From the human T2T-CHM13v2.0 reference genome, Homo sapiens: a DNA stretch of 64,000 nt. A program made the position numbers and the translations under genes. Below, piece after piece: positions 13,621 through 38,229 of the stretch. Each line of letters starts with the position of its first letter. The first letter of the stretch is position 1. The notes under the pieces were generated by a model. That model searched no databases, was not told the origin of the DNA, and saw nothing but the letters and a program-made list of their open reading frames with translations. The DNA is taken from the NCBI RefSeq assembly GCF_009914755.1, contig NC_060943.1; one strand, written 5' to 3'.

Positions 13621-14157
13621 GGTTAAGGGTGGCCACCTCCAGGAAGCCCTCCCTGATTGCCCCGCCTACTCCGTGCCCTTGGGGGCTGACCCCTGGACCC
13701 CTCCAAAAACGTTCCATTGATATGTCCTCTGTATACACCCAGGAGGCGGCTGCCCTTGGGGAGGAACACGGGGCTGGATCACGTCAGCTCCCACAGCTGG
13801 GACGTTGGGGGGTAATTTTTTTCAAAATAACTTTTCTTCTAATTATAAAATAGGCGCGTGCAGCAGAAAATTAGGTAAAATCAGCATAAAGAAGAAAATA
13901 AAAGTTACCCACAATCCATCCCTCGCCTAGAGAGAAACTGTTTCATGCGGCCGTTCTCATTCATTCTTTCCCTGTACATGTGCTGAGCACCTACTGTGTG
14001 CTGTGCTGAGGACACAGTAGTAAGCATGATGGAACCAGCACTCCTGCCCCTGTTGGGGGGCACAGACTAGTTGCAGGGGGGATGGACACCCACAGAAAAA
14101 CAAACACTGTCAATAACATAAGGCCGGGCAGTGCTAAGAGATGCCAAAAATAATTAA

Positions 14158-14658
<501 letters not shown>

Positions 14659-15599
14659 CTCCTTCCAGTCTTTCTTCTATGCATACGAATGGGTGCTTTT
14701 CTTTCGTTCGATGGGGATCACCATTAGCAGACCATGTTCCAGTGTCCGGGTCACAGAATTTAATCAATTCCCACTTGTTTATCCCATAATGTCCCTTATA
14801 AACAACACTGTGAGGGACATTCTTAGACACAGCTGTGTCCCTTCGTCTCCTGAAGAAACTTCCAAAGCAGGGGTGACTGCATTGGGATGTTCTCAAGCCT
14901 TTAAACCTTCCCTGATGGGGAACCCTCAGATAAAACCATACCCTTGACCGGGGCAGGACCCCCTCCCCCAGCCTGTCTGTCCCACCTCCTTCATATTTGG
15001 CACCAAAACCCCCAGACATTTCATTTAGGTACAAACTCTGTACTCTTGGCTGTGAGAGCCAGAGAGAAACTGGTTGGGCAGCTTCCTCTCAGCTTCCCTG
15101 CCCTGGTCTTGCCCATGCCCAAGGCTCCCGCCTCCTACCTAGCACAGCATTCATGACCCGGGGCATGGGCGGGTGCCAACCAGCCAGGAGCCCGCCTCAC
15201 CCATGTTCACATCACAGCCCTGGCGCCGGGTCTACCCGCCAGCCGCACCGCAGCGGGCATGATGCCCACCACAGGCACGCCCCAGCTCCATGTCTGCCTT
15301 TTTCACCTGTCCGCCCCCGCAGGCCAGGCTACCTTCCCCTTCCTGGAAAATGTGTGACACCTTCAGGCATGGCTGGATCCAGCAAAGCCATTCCTCCCAT
15401 GTCTTCCCCAACTCTGCTGATAGCAGCTCTGTCCTTCCAGGGGCTCAGGCTAGAACCTGGAAGCTGGCCCTCACTGCTTTTCCTCCCTCACCCCATATGG
15501 TGTTGGTCTGGAAATACTCTCACGTTTGTCTCCTAAATTTCTACTCACTTTGTCCATCTTTCTCCATATTCCCTTCCCAACCCATCCAGCCTGATCATT

Positions 15600-16050
15600 G
15601 CCTGCTCGGACCAGCACAGTCACCTCTGCCCTGGTCCCCAGCCTCCCACCCTCGCCCTCCAGTCTGTCCTCCCCACAGCACCCACTACATGGTGCCGGTG
15701 TGCACCTGAGTCAGGTCCCGTCCCTCCTCTGCCCACAGCCCTCCATGGCTCCCACCTCCCTCAGGGTCAAAGCCCAAGTCCTCCTGGTGGCCCACAAGGC
15801 CCTGCATGACCTGCTCCATCTCCTCCCTGCCCTCCATTCCTCCCTCTCTCCCCCTCACTCTGCTCCAGCTACATGGGCCTCCTCGCTGTTCCTCCAGCAC
15901 CCCAAGTGCAGTCCTGCCTCAGGGCCTTTGCACAGGCTATGCCTCTGCCTGGAACACTGTTCCTCTACATTTTCTTGTCACTTTTCTTCTCACCCTTCCA
16001 TTCTCCCTCAAGGATCACCTCCTCAGAAATGCCCTGGCTGACCACCTGGC
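15600..16050 (+). mobile_element. L2-derived element (homogenised-type copy)
   Basis: L2 3' region motifs. Confidence 0.75.
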
Positions 16051-16145
16051 TCAAGCAGCACCCATCACCCATTACCCATTATTTTACTGTCACCTGAAAT
16101 TCTCTGTCTTTACTCACTGTCTGGGTCTGAGTTATCAAATACAAG

Positions 16146-16962
<817 letters not shown>

Positions 16963-17054
16963 TCCCAGCAACAAAGGGGCCAGGTCAGTCTTGGTCACTG
17001 CCAGGGTCGAGTACACAGTATATGCTCAATAAATGCTTTCTAAATGAAGAAGTG

Positions 17055-17441
<387 letters not shown>

Positions 17442-17751
17442 TCAGAGGCCTTGCAGAGACTAGAGGTGCTGGCCAATAGCACAGAGGTCAGCAGGTGCCA
17501 TCTGCAGCCACAGTACCCTGGCCACTCTCACTCCCTGGGCAGCCACGTTAGGGTATCCAAACTCTACATTTCCAACATAGTGACATGGAAAGCCAGAAAG
17601 CAAAAGCCACATTGCTGGGCTTTGAACCTGGATCTCCCTGGCTGGCCAGCAAAGCATCCTCTGGGAGCTCTTGCTCCAGCCCCAAGGGCAGAAACTTGGA
17701 AAAGGCTTCCAGGCCACAGCCGGAGTCAGCTCTGCAGCGCCAACATGCTGA

Positions 17752-18651
<900 letters not shown>

Positions 18652-18673
18652 CCCCGATTTAATCATTCATGTA

Positions 18674-18940
18674 GGCTGGGCACGGCCAGCCTTGGGAGGC
18701 CAAGGCAGGAGGATCGTTTGAGCCAGAACTTAAGATCAACCTGGGCAACAAAGAGAGACCCCCGTCTCTAAAAAAAAATAAAAATTAGCTGGGCATGGCA
18801 GTACATGTCTGTACTCCCAACTACTTGGGAGGCTGAGGCAGGAGGATTGCTTGTGACCAGGAGTTTGAGGTTGCAGGTGAGCTAAGATCCCGCCACTAAA
18901 CACCAGCTTGGGTGACAGAGGGAGGCCCTGTCTAGAAACA
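18674..18940 (+). mobile_element. Alu (J-like)
   Basis: Alu consensus. Confidence 0.85.
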
Positions 18941-19346
18941 ACAACTTTCATGCCACTGTCTCCCGTCTTTTCCTTAAACCAATTTACTTAAGAAACTAAT
19001 TCAACAGTATCGCATATCTCTAAGGAAGACCCAAAAGATTCTGCCCTGCCTTGAAAGTCACCAGAAACATTGTTACAATGAAAATAGTACCCAGTTATCC
19101 CATGGTCGCTGGATACTGTTGCGAACACCAGCAGCCGGATGGGATTTTGTTACAAAGAGATTGGCAGGTGTTAGTGTCTGAGATCACCCTGAATCTCCCT
19201 GGGCTTTCTTCCCTGACGTGTTAGGAGCTGAAAGGGAGTCATTGCTGGTGTGTGCAGCTCTGGGCTGCCGGATGCCTCCTCCAGAGGCCACCCCCAAACA
19301 GCCCCATGCCTAGGGGTACGTTCCTGACTTCAAAAACCATGGCTCG

Positions 19347-19767
<421 letters not shown>

Positions 19768-20136
19768 TCAGTTTCCCCATCTAAGCACCAGGGAAAATGG
19801 GCTCTTGGTGCCCGGGGCTGATTTTTGTGGGTTTGAAGTCTGTAAAGATCAAGGAAACCGAGGCACAAACCAGGGAGGTCTCCAAGGCAGGGCTTGGTGT
19901 AGCTCCTAATTCCTCCTGGTCCCCGTGCACAAGGGTGGGATCTGGTTTTGGTCACAGCTGAAACTCCAGCACCTACTGTGTGCTAGAGCTGTCTTGAGTG
20001 CTGGGGACACAGTACAGATCAAGGCAGATAACCTCTCAGGGCTTCTGTTCTGGGGAGACAGCGACAGATGGGGATAGAGGACAGGGGCAGAGGACACAGC
20101 ACGTGTAAAGGCCCCGAGGTGGGAACGAACACACTA

Positions 20137-21270
<1,134 letters not shown>

Positions 21271-21838
21271 AGAGATCAGGGCTGTAATGGGGGATGTCGC
21301 AAGGCTTCCAGGAAGAGGTGATGTCTAAGATGAGAAGGATGGGAGAAATTGCGCTGGGCTGGGGCAGGGAGGTTGGGGAGTGGGAAGGGTGTCCCAGGTA
21401 GAAGGAACAGCATATGCCAAGGTCTGGAGGCAAGAGAGGTGTGGAAGAGGAAACCTAACTAGCCCTGAACAAAACAGAAAAGGAGAGGGTGGGGACCCTG
21501 GGCCAGGTCCCATCCCATGGGAGAGGCAACTGAGGGACATGGGGGGCTGGTGAGGGGGGGTGGGGTGGCAGAACTTCCCACTACCCCCCCAGAGCTCAGG
21601 TGGGGGCATGACCTCTCTAGGTGGCTCCCCAAGCTCTCAGGTCCTGGGTAGGAGAAGGTGGTCTCTCTGAACAGGTGTTAGGATCTACACCCAACCCCAT
21701 CTCCCCAAGACATAAAAACCCCTATCAAGCACTTAGCAGGAGCAAAACACTCAGAACTGAGCTGGGCATACAGCAGGTGCTCAGTGAGCACATCAGCTAT
21801 TATTCCAGGCTTTTCCCACCATCCAGGCACACTTACTA

Positions 21839-22714
<876 letters not shown>

Positions 22715-22757
22715 TCATGAAGTTATTGATCAAAGGTAACTCTAGAATACAGGGTGA

Positions 22758-23053
<296 letters not shown>

Positions 23054-23399
23054 CCAGGGTGATTTTTTTTTTGTATGTGAAAATGATATTCTGTTCGAAT
23101 CATGGCTGTTCCTCACATGACTTGTAACTACTGAGCACACGCAGCCCAGGCCTCTTCTCGCCTGTGGTAGGATCTTCCGTGGCAAGGCTGTGCCTTGGGC
23201 GTTTATCACCCAATTCCCTGTGGACACTTCGGTTGCCTCCATTTTTTCCCAACCTCACCCAATGCCATGGTGAATCTCCATGCTGACATCTCCCAGGTCC
23301 CCTTGGGGAAGCATTTTTGTCTCTCACTGGTGTCCAGTGAAGGGCAGCTGGGGTGGAAGGTCGGGTTACAGCTTGTTCTAAACAAGCAGGTTCCCCTCC

Positions 23400-24230
<831 letters not shown>

Positions 24231-24239
24231 CTAGATAAA

Positions 24240-24425
24240 CTGCGCTCTTCAAAACCGTAGCCACGAGCCGTATGTGGCTGTTTAAATTTAAACGGAATAA
24301 AATGGAATAAAATTTAAAATTCAGTTCCTCGGTTGCACTGGACACATTTCAAACGCTCAATAGCCACATTCGGCTCAGGGCGACTGTACCACGGTGCGTA
24401 GACGGAGACCATTTTTATCATCGCC
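24240..24425 (-). mobile_element. MER3 (hAT DNA transposon)
   Basis: gtagccac..gtggct..aaaattcagttcctc..cacatttcaa..ctcaatagccacat. Confidence 0.8.
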
Positions 24426-24431
24426 ATATCG

Positions 24432-24629
24432 GGGGCCAAATCCGGCCCACCGTTTGTTTTTATAAATAAAGCTTTATTGGCACATAGCCACGCCCACCAG
24501 TTTACGTGTTTGTCTATGGCTGCTTTCACGCTCCAATGGCGGGGTTGAGTAGTAGACAGAGATCATCCGGCCGGCAAAGCTGGAAAGATTTACAAGGTGG
24601 TCCTTTATGGAAAAACTCTACTGACCCTG
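24432..24629 (+). mobile_element. MER58A (hAT DNA transposon)
   Basis: gggccaaatccggccc..taaataaag..ttattgg..agccacgccca..tgtctatggctgctttc. Confidence 0.85.
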
Positions 24630-26329
24630 TTCTGGGAAGAGACTGCTACTGGGGAAAGAGAGAGGGGAGAGGATCTGGAGATTCTCCACCATGCATTTTT
24701 CTCTGCATCCTCAATTGTATCCCATGTGTACGCATTCTCTGGCCAGAACAACATATTAAAAATAAAAGACGTGGTGTCACAGAGATGCCGATTTCTTCTC
24801 CTGCCAGCCACGCCCGGAGGGCCTGGTTCCCCTCGACGCTGCCACCCTGGATAATACCACACTTCAAACAGTTTTGCTAAATGGATGGGTGAGAAATGAT
24901 ATCTTGTTTTAATTTGCATCTCCTGGGCAGGAGATGGGAACTCTTTAACTATAGATAAATGCCCGTCTAATCATCCATCGTCCCCCCAGACTCCTTAAGG
25001 GCAAGGATTGTCTGCATCAGTCACTATAGTGTCCCCAGTCCCAGCATGGGGCCAAGCAAACAGCTGAAGCCCAGTACATCCACACGGAAGAGAGGGAATC
25101 AGGCCCAGGGCAGCAGCCACAGTGCAAGGCCTGGGCTAGTTGTGGCTGGTGGTGAGCATCGAGTGCCAAGCCAAGCTTCACCGACGCAGTCACAGGGGCA
25201 GACTCCATGCGGCAGAGGTGGCTGCCAGCCCCTCGGGGAACCTGCAGACTCACGTTCAGCAGTGGGGGAAGAGAGCAGGGTGGGCAGGGACCTGGCAGCC
25301 TTGGGGGTAGGGGAACTGTGGGCTCCAGGCGGGGAGAGAGATTATATATTCATCAGAATCTTAAACAAAAGCCCCGCAGCCGCCTGTCAGCCAGGCTATG
25401 GCTTTTATGGTAATCAGCAATGAATTACCCACAATGCCTGGCCAAGCGCAAGTGGTTCTTGGCCCGGATCCTAAACTAATTTTTGTATGTTCGTGTGTAT
25501 ATAATTTTGCTCGCTCCCTCCCGTTCCTCTCCCTTCATTACCAGGAGCACGGGTGGGGTACGGGGCAGGGAGGCAAAAGGAACCCTGGGTGTAGAAGTGG
25601 AGGATGCTCACCAAGACCCCCTGGCCCTACAGCCTGCCTGGCACTAGGCCCTGGGCTCAGAGTGTGTGGAGGTGGGAGGTGAGTGCCAAGTGGGAACTGA
25701 GGGGAGCCTGGAAACCACCAAAAACTGGAGCTGGCAGCTCCGGGGGTGGAGAGAGAAGGGAGGAAGGGGGGGTTGGCTGGCTCTGGTGGTGAGCAGAGTG
25801 TGCAGGCCCCTTAGTGGGGTTGAGCCTGTGCCACGTGCTGTGTGGCCTTGGGCAAGTGCCTTAACCTCTCTGGGCTTCAGCCCCCTGGTCTGCAAATTAG
25901 ACCTCCCTTCCTGTCCTAACCTCTAGCCCCATCCAGCCCCAAGTGTGTAGCCCACAGCCCCTCCCAGGGCCCTGTCTATGCAGGCCACTCTCTAAGTGCT
26001 TGACGCATATTAACTCGTTTTGTTGTGCCAGTTATTTATCTCAGATGGGGAAACTGAGGCTGAGGATAGGATGTGCCTTGTCCAGAGCCAATGGCTTGCT
26101 TGTAGCACCTGAAAACCCGCTATGGGCTAAGTCAGGAGCTGCCAACTCCATGTCTCCAGGGAGAACCAGCCCACCACTTCCTGGGAACCTCCGCAGGCGT
26201 CCTGCTAATGGGGGCGTTTCCATGCCTGCCTCTCTCACCATCTTCGCCACCTCAGCTCATCTTCTCCGTCTTTACCGATGTTCAGGACAGAGGCCTGGGA
26301 GTCGTTCTTGACTCATCTCAACCCTACCC

Positions 26330-27916
<1,587 letters not shown>

Positions 27917-28367
27917 CCCTATTTGTTTATTGTCCTTCTGATGCATTCCACGAGGGAAGGGTTTTTCCCTCTGTCTTCTCCGTCACTCTGTTCCCAACAC
28001 CTGACCCTGGGAGGATCAGGGCCTGGTATATAGGAGGTGCTCAATAAGTATCCAGTGATGGAGCTCTAGGCCCCCAGCAGGGTCCTGGGCCCAGAAAGGA
28101 CACGACGGTTGTTTTCTGAACACACAGAAGCTTTCCTTGGGGTCTGAAGGAAAATTTTAGACCTGAAACCATCCCCTGGGTGGAGGCTGGGGGTGGGGAT
28201 ATAAGTATCTTGGGAGCAGCCAAGGAAAGAAAAAGAACATTCCTGTCTCATCAAAGCTGTTCAGGGGAGACCCGAGCTCCCTGGCTGGCGGCTGGGGTGG
28301 AGATGGCAGATGCTCTCTGCAGGGTAACTGGGCGAGAGGGAGTGAATATTGAAATGTGCATCCCTTG

Positions 28368-28670
28368 GGCCGGGTGCGGTGGCTCACGCCTGTAATCCCA
28401 GCACTTTGGGAGGCTGAGGTGGGTGGATCACGAGGTCAGGAGATCGAGACCATCCTGGCTAACATGGTGAAACCCCGTCTCTACTAAAAATACAAAAAAT
28501 TAGCCGGGCGGGGTGGCAGGCACCTGTAGTCCCAGCTACTGGGGAGGCTGAGGCAGGAGAATGGCGTGAACCCGGGAGGCGGAGCTTGCAGTGAGCCGAG
28601 ATCGTGCGCCACTGCATTCCAGCCTGGGAGACACAGCGAGACTCCGTCTCAAAAAAAAAAAAAAGAAAGA
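28368..28670 (+). mobile_element. AluY-like
   Basis: Y diagnostics; TSD gaaat..gcatccc. Confidence 0.9.
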
Positions 28671-28987
28671 AATACGCATCCCACATGACATCTCCTGGTT
28701 GTGCGTGAGGCCTGTGTGTGAACGAGCCCTGCAACACATCTCATAGGAAAGCAAAAGAGAGAGACAAATGGGCACGTCCGTCAGGAGGGGCTGGGCATGT
28801 AGATGGCATACTACACAGCCCTGAAAAAGAATGCATAGTACGCAGCCCTGAAAAAGACATCCCTGGCTGTGTGCGTCCTGGTACTGTCAGTGAAAGAGCA
28901 TGGCAGGGACAGCGGGCATAGGATGTGTGGGACGAGAAGGTGAGCACAATATGCCAATATTTGCAAATGCTATAATAATAGCAGCAG

Positions 28988-29298
<311 letters not shown>

Positions 29299-29319
29299 TA
29301 GCAATAGTAACAATAACTG

Positions 29320-29823
<504 letters not shown>

Positions 29824-30422
29824 TCCTGGCCTGGGATTTGGTGACAACGCTCACTGACAGCCTACGCCTGATCCCTGGTAAAAACAGCAGACGCCTAATA
29901 AGTGCCCTGGAGATGCTCAAGGGCAAAGTGAGCAGAGACAGGGGTGTACCCAGGAGGAGATGGTGAGACTTAAGAGAGTGGTCCATTGCACAGGGATGGG
30001 TTGGACAATGCTCTCTGGGGAATCCACGCAGTCAGCACACACGCATAGGAAACCGGGTGCTGGGGAGCGAGGCGGCTGGCTCGTCGGAAAACAAATCACT
30101 GCCAGTCTCATTTCCTCCTGTGACAGAGATGGGCAGGCCTGGCCGGGGCCGACGGCTGGCACTGAGCCAGAGTCAACGGGGACCTCCCTACCTGTCTCCG
30201 TGTGATGTGTTTATCAAGAGGACGGGAAATGTCACGACCATCAAGGGCAGGCGGCAGGAGGGGCTGGTGTGGGCGCTTCTTAGATGGAGTGGGGAGGGCC
30301 TGGCCCAAGGTCAAGGTGGCCCCTGGAGAGCCTTTTCTCCTTCCTGCCTCAGCGGAACCAACCCACCGTTCAATCCATGCTTAAGAAGAAACCCTGCAAC
30401 GTGGTTCTAAGACCACAGGTTT

Positions 30423-30750
<328 letters not shown>

Positions 30751-31418
30751 TCGAGACCACAGCTTCAGCTGAGTTCAGTGCCAGTCTCTGCTCCTTGAAC
30801 ACTGTGTGACCTTAAGCATGTCATTTCCCTTCCATGAACCTCAGTAAGATAGGGTCGTGACCTCCCTGACTTGGATCAACCTTCTGAGTCATGCTGAGCA
30901 GCACGAACTTTGGATTCAAAGCAACCCAGAGTCTGCATCATGATTTGGCCTCCTCTTAGCTGTGCAGCCTCAGGTATAAATGGCTCAATCTCTCTGGATC
31001 TGCTTATCTTGTTTGAGCCCCTGGATCCAACTATGCCTGAAGGTGGTCCATTCTAACATCAGCCTTTTTGGTTCAAGAGCCAATCAACTCCCCAGCTTTT
31101 CACTAATGTCAGTTTGATGTGGGTTTCTCCACCTTTCTTATTTATTTATTTATTTAAAAAAAAATTTTTTTTTTTTGAAACAGCATTTCACTATGTTGCC
31201 CAGGCTGGTCTTGAACTCCTAGGCTCATGTGATCCTCCTGCCTTGGCCTCCCAAAGTGCCTGGGATTACAGGCATGAATCACCACACCCAGCTGTTTCTC
31301 CACATTTCAAGTTGTTTCTCCACCTTTCAAGTCCACTTTGTGCCTGAGGACAGAGCCTTGTTAGTAGCCAGGGCAGAGAGCTGAAGATTTCGAGACATCA
31401 CAGGTTATCCCTGCTCAA

Positions 31419-31459
31419 CAGGGGCTTCAGATCAGGGGCTTAGATCAGGGGCTTCAGAT
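31419..31459. repeat. ~14-bp x3 tandem repeat
   Basis: caggggctt(c)agat x3. Confidence 0.85.
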
Positions 31460-31954
31460 GAACCTCAAACCTCTGACCCTTGGATCATTCAGAACGTGGT
31501 TGCTGGAAAGCAACACCCACATGGCGTCATTCAGATTTGGGACTGAGGACAGTTCCCACCAACTGAATATCTACCATGATGCATTTAGTGAGCACCTACT
31601 ATGCACTAGGCCCAGTGCAGGCCACAAAGTGAAACAACTGATGCTTCACAAAGACCTTGTGTGGGAAGCTTTTGCCCATGCTGTTCCATCTGCCTAGAAC
31701 ACACTTCCCTCCCCTCACTGCCCAGTTAACTCCTTCTCTACCTTCACTTCTTAGATCAGCCACCGCCACCTCCTCCAGGAAGCCTTCCCTGACTTTTCCT
31801 CCCATCACTCACGCCCAGAGCCTCCCATTCTCTATTCCCCTCCCTTATCAATCTCCAGCAATTTCCATATTTTATTGCAAAAGTAGAAATAAAAAACCCT
31901 GCCACTTAAATTGGTCTGAATTTTCTTTTCATGGAGAATTTTTATTTGAAAAGG

Positions 31955-31955
<1 letters not shown>

Positions 31956-31989
<34 letters not shown>

Positions 31990-32816
31990 AGACAGAGTCT
32001 CACTCCATCACCCAGGCTGGAATGCAGTGACACAATCATGGCTCACCACAGCCTTGACCTCCTGGCCTCAAGCAATTCTCTTGCCTCAGCCTCCCGAGTA
32101 GCTGCGGCCACAGGTGTACACCATCATACTTGGCTAATTTTTAAAATTTTTTTTCAGAGATGGGGTCTTGCTATGTTGCCCTGCCTGATCTGGAACTCCA
32201 GGCCCCAAGCGATCCTCCCACCTCAGCCTCCTGAGTAGCTGGGACAATAGGCAAATGCCATCACACCTGGCTAGTTTTTTGCAGAGATGGCGTCTTGCTA
32301 TGTTGCCCCACCTGATCTGGAACTCCTGGACCCAAGCAATCCTCCCATTTCAGCCTTCTGAGGAGCTCGGAACACAGGCACACGCCATCACACCTAGCTA
32401 ATTTTTTTTTTAACTTTTTGCAGAGATGGGGTCTTGCTATGCTGCCCTGCCTGATCTGGAACTCCTGGCCCCAAGCGATCCTCCCACCTCAGCCTCCTGC
32501 GTAGCTGGGACCACAGCTGTACGCCATTACACCTAGTTAATTTTTTAAAAAATTTGCACAGATCTGGGGCCGGGGTGGGGGGTGGTCCTATCTTATCCTG
32601 CCTAGTCTAGAGCTCCTGGCCTCAAGCGATCCCTCCCACCTCAGCCTCCTCAGTAGCTGGGGCCACAGGCACACACCATCACACCTGGCTAATTTTTAAA
32701 ATTTTCTGTAGAGACAGGGTCTTGCTATACTACCCCACCTGATGTGGAACTCCTGGCCCCAAGCAATCCTCCAGCCTCGGCCTCCCAAAGTGCTGGGATT
32801 ACAGATTAGCCACTGT
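31956..32816 (-). repeat. Alu-derived tandem array (one Alu internally expanded ~5x)
   Basis: Repeated gagatggggtcttgctatg..cctgatctggaactcc..; single flanking TSD gaaRRggcttttt. Confidence 0.85.
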
Positions 32817-32874
32817 GAGAAAGGGCTTTTTAATACTCTTTTGGACACAGGTTTTGAACACTTTTCTTTCCTGA

Positions 32875-33437
<563 letters not shown>

Positions 33438-33724
33438 TGATTTGGGGTTCTGGCACCCGGCTGTGATTTGGGGTTCTGCACACATAGCACTGTTGCTTGC
33501 ACTCCCAGGCACCGGGGACCTGGCTTCTCCCACGGGCGGCTGCCCCACTGCCCCGGGATTTTCCTCCTAGCCACGCTGAGACGTCTGTTCTGAGGGATCC
33601 ACGAAGGATACCAACTATAGCTGGGGCTCCTGCTCACCCTCCCATGGCCCAAACATCAGGGTTTGTCAACTCACACTTTGAGGGCTGGAGTGGCCATGGC
33701 GGGACATTAGGAAGAACCACTCTA

Positions 33725-34970
<1,246 letters not shown>

Positions 34971-35737
34971 AATGATGGAATGATGACCGTGAAATGCTGC
35001 GAGACGGAATGAGGACAGGACAGAACAGGCTGCACCCCAGCTAGGTCCAACAGCAAGGCAGTCTGGCCATGCTGTGTGACCCTGGGCAGGTGACTCGACT
35101 CTCTAGGCCTCAGTTTCCTCATCTGTAAAATGGGTATAAAAGTCTCTTCCTCCCCTCACATGGCTGCTGTGAAGACTGAATCGAAAGGCACACAGAGCTG
35201 TTCACACCACCTGAGAAGCAGCTGATAGACTGCAGATATTATCTTGGTGGTGGTTGTTATTATTTGTTTTTATTTTGAAAGACAGGGTCTCGCTCTGTCA
35301 CCCAGACTGGAGTACAATGGTGAGATCACAGCTCACTGCAGCCTCAAACTCCTGGGCTCAAGTGATCCTCCCGTCTCAACCTCCCAAAGTGCTGGGATTA
35401 CAGGCATGAGCCATTGGGCCCAGCTGATGTTATTTTTAAAAAAGTTTTTCCTGGCCTAGGCTGTCAGGGTGTCTAGCACCCTATTCCCCTTGAATTGCTA
35501 AGTGAGAGGCCCACACTGCAATCTCTTGATCTGTTTGTATTCTCCATTTAACAGACAGTGAGTCCCTGGAGGGCAAGGGCCTGGCCTGCCCTCCCCTCCA
35601 TATTTGTCCCTGAAATTCTGAGTTCTGGAAACTTCTAATGGAAGGATCGAAGAGAAAGCATCAGCTCAGCCTGGCCACTAACCCCAGACATGGAAAGAAA
35701 AAAAGGAGGGATACTCTACCTTCAAAAGCCATCCCAA

Positions 35738-36045
35738 GGCCGGGCGCAGTGGCTCACATCTGGGATCCCAGCACTTTGGGAAGCCAAGGTGGGCAGATCA
35801 CCCGAGGTCAGGAGCTCGAGACCAGCCTGACCAACATGGCAAAACCCATCACTACTAAAAATTAAAAAATTAGCCATGCGTGGTGGTGTGCGCCTGTAGT
35901 TCCAGCTACTTGGGAGGCTGAGGTAGAAGGATCACTTGAGCCCAGGAGGTGGAGGTTGCAGTGAGCTAAGATTGCACTGCACCACTGCAGTCCAGCCTGG
36001 ACGACAGAGCCAGACCTTGTCTTTTTTTTTTTTTTTTTTTTAAAA
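35738..36045 (+). mobile_element. Alu with T-run in place of the A tail
   Basis: TSD aaaagcYatccca; tail T20 then AAAAA. Confidence 0.88.
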
Positions 36046-36130
36046 AGCTATCCCAAATCCACTTGCTTCTTCTCCCCACCACCCACCTTTGCCTTCACCT
36101 GGTCCATCCCTGGCATCAACCATGAGTATC

Positions 36131-36460
36131 TGAGTCAGGTCCTGTCCCTCCTCTGCCCACAGCCCTCCATAGCTCCCACCTCTCTAGGGCTCAAAGCCCA
36201 GGGTTCTCCCTGCAGCCCACAAGACCCTACATGACCTATTGCCTCCTCTCCCCTCCCCATCACTCACTGGGCTCCAGCCACACAGGCCTCCTCGCTGTTC
36301 CTCCAACACGCCAGGCGTGGTCCTGCCCCGGGGCCTTGGCACACGCTGTGCCATCTGCCTGGAATGCTCTTCCCCCACGTTATCTGCTTGGTTCCTCCTC
36401 ACCTCCATCAGGGCTTTGCTCAAACATCACCTCCTCAATGAAGCCGTCCCTACAGCCCCA
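36131..36460 (+). mobile_element. L2-derived element (homogenised-type copy)
   Basis: L2 3' region motifs. Confidence 0.75.
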
Positions 36461-37039
36461 TTAAAAATGACAACCCTCATGCCTCCCTCCCGAGTCCCCT
36501 TTGTTCCTTTACTGCTTTCTCTGATCACCCCTGACGTGCTATATATCGTATTTTGCCTATCATCTCTCTCCCTGATCCACAAAGCCATCCCCTTTATTGC
36601 TTCAGGGTCCCGGCACAGAGCCTGGTGGACAGGAGGCATCTGAGAAATCCCCCCAGATGATGGAAAGCGCAAAATCGGAGGCAGTGGCTGCGGCCAAAGC
36701 AGCCGCTGAGACCCCGGAGGCTGACGGCGGAAGCCTCCACGCCTACTCCAGCCGGGGCCTTCCTGTCCCTGTTGGCAAGCCAGGCCCCTGCCCTCTGCCA
36801 TCCGGCGGCTCAACACCTGTTGTGACACAGCAGGAAGCAGGGGCGGCAGCCAGTGCCCGTGGCCTTGGCTGGACAGGTCCCTCCGGCAGGTTTAATCCCT
36901 GCCCCAGTGGGAGAGGGGATACATGGACCTTGAAGCCAAACACACAGGCTGACACAAGCACCATCCACTTGGCTTATCCGGCTCCCGGGAAGTGGCCAGT
37001 GTAGGGACAAGCCTGATAAACATCTAGCAAATAAATGGA

Positions 37040-37928
<889 letters not shown>

Positions 37929-38229
37929 TCACGTCTACGGAGCATTCCGACCTGGGGAAAAGGGCAGCTATGCTTCATCTCCCTGATGTCTCCCGACCCA
38001 GTGACATGGGCCCATTTTAGGGATGAGGAAAACTGAGTCCCTCAAGGGGGAAGCGATTTCCTGAAGGATCTACCGCCTAGAAGTGGCAGGCTCAGAGCTA
38101 ATGCTAAATTCACTAAACCCTGACCCAGATCGACTACAGGGTCATTTTGTAGAGGCCTCAGTGCTGTAAGGAGTTTGGCTCGTGCCTCGTGAGTACCCAC
38201 TGTGTGCCAGGCCCAGAGTGGAGAAGCCT

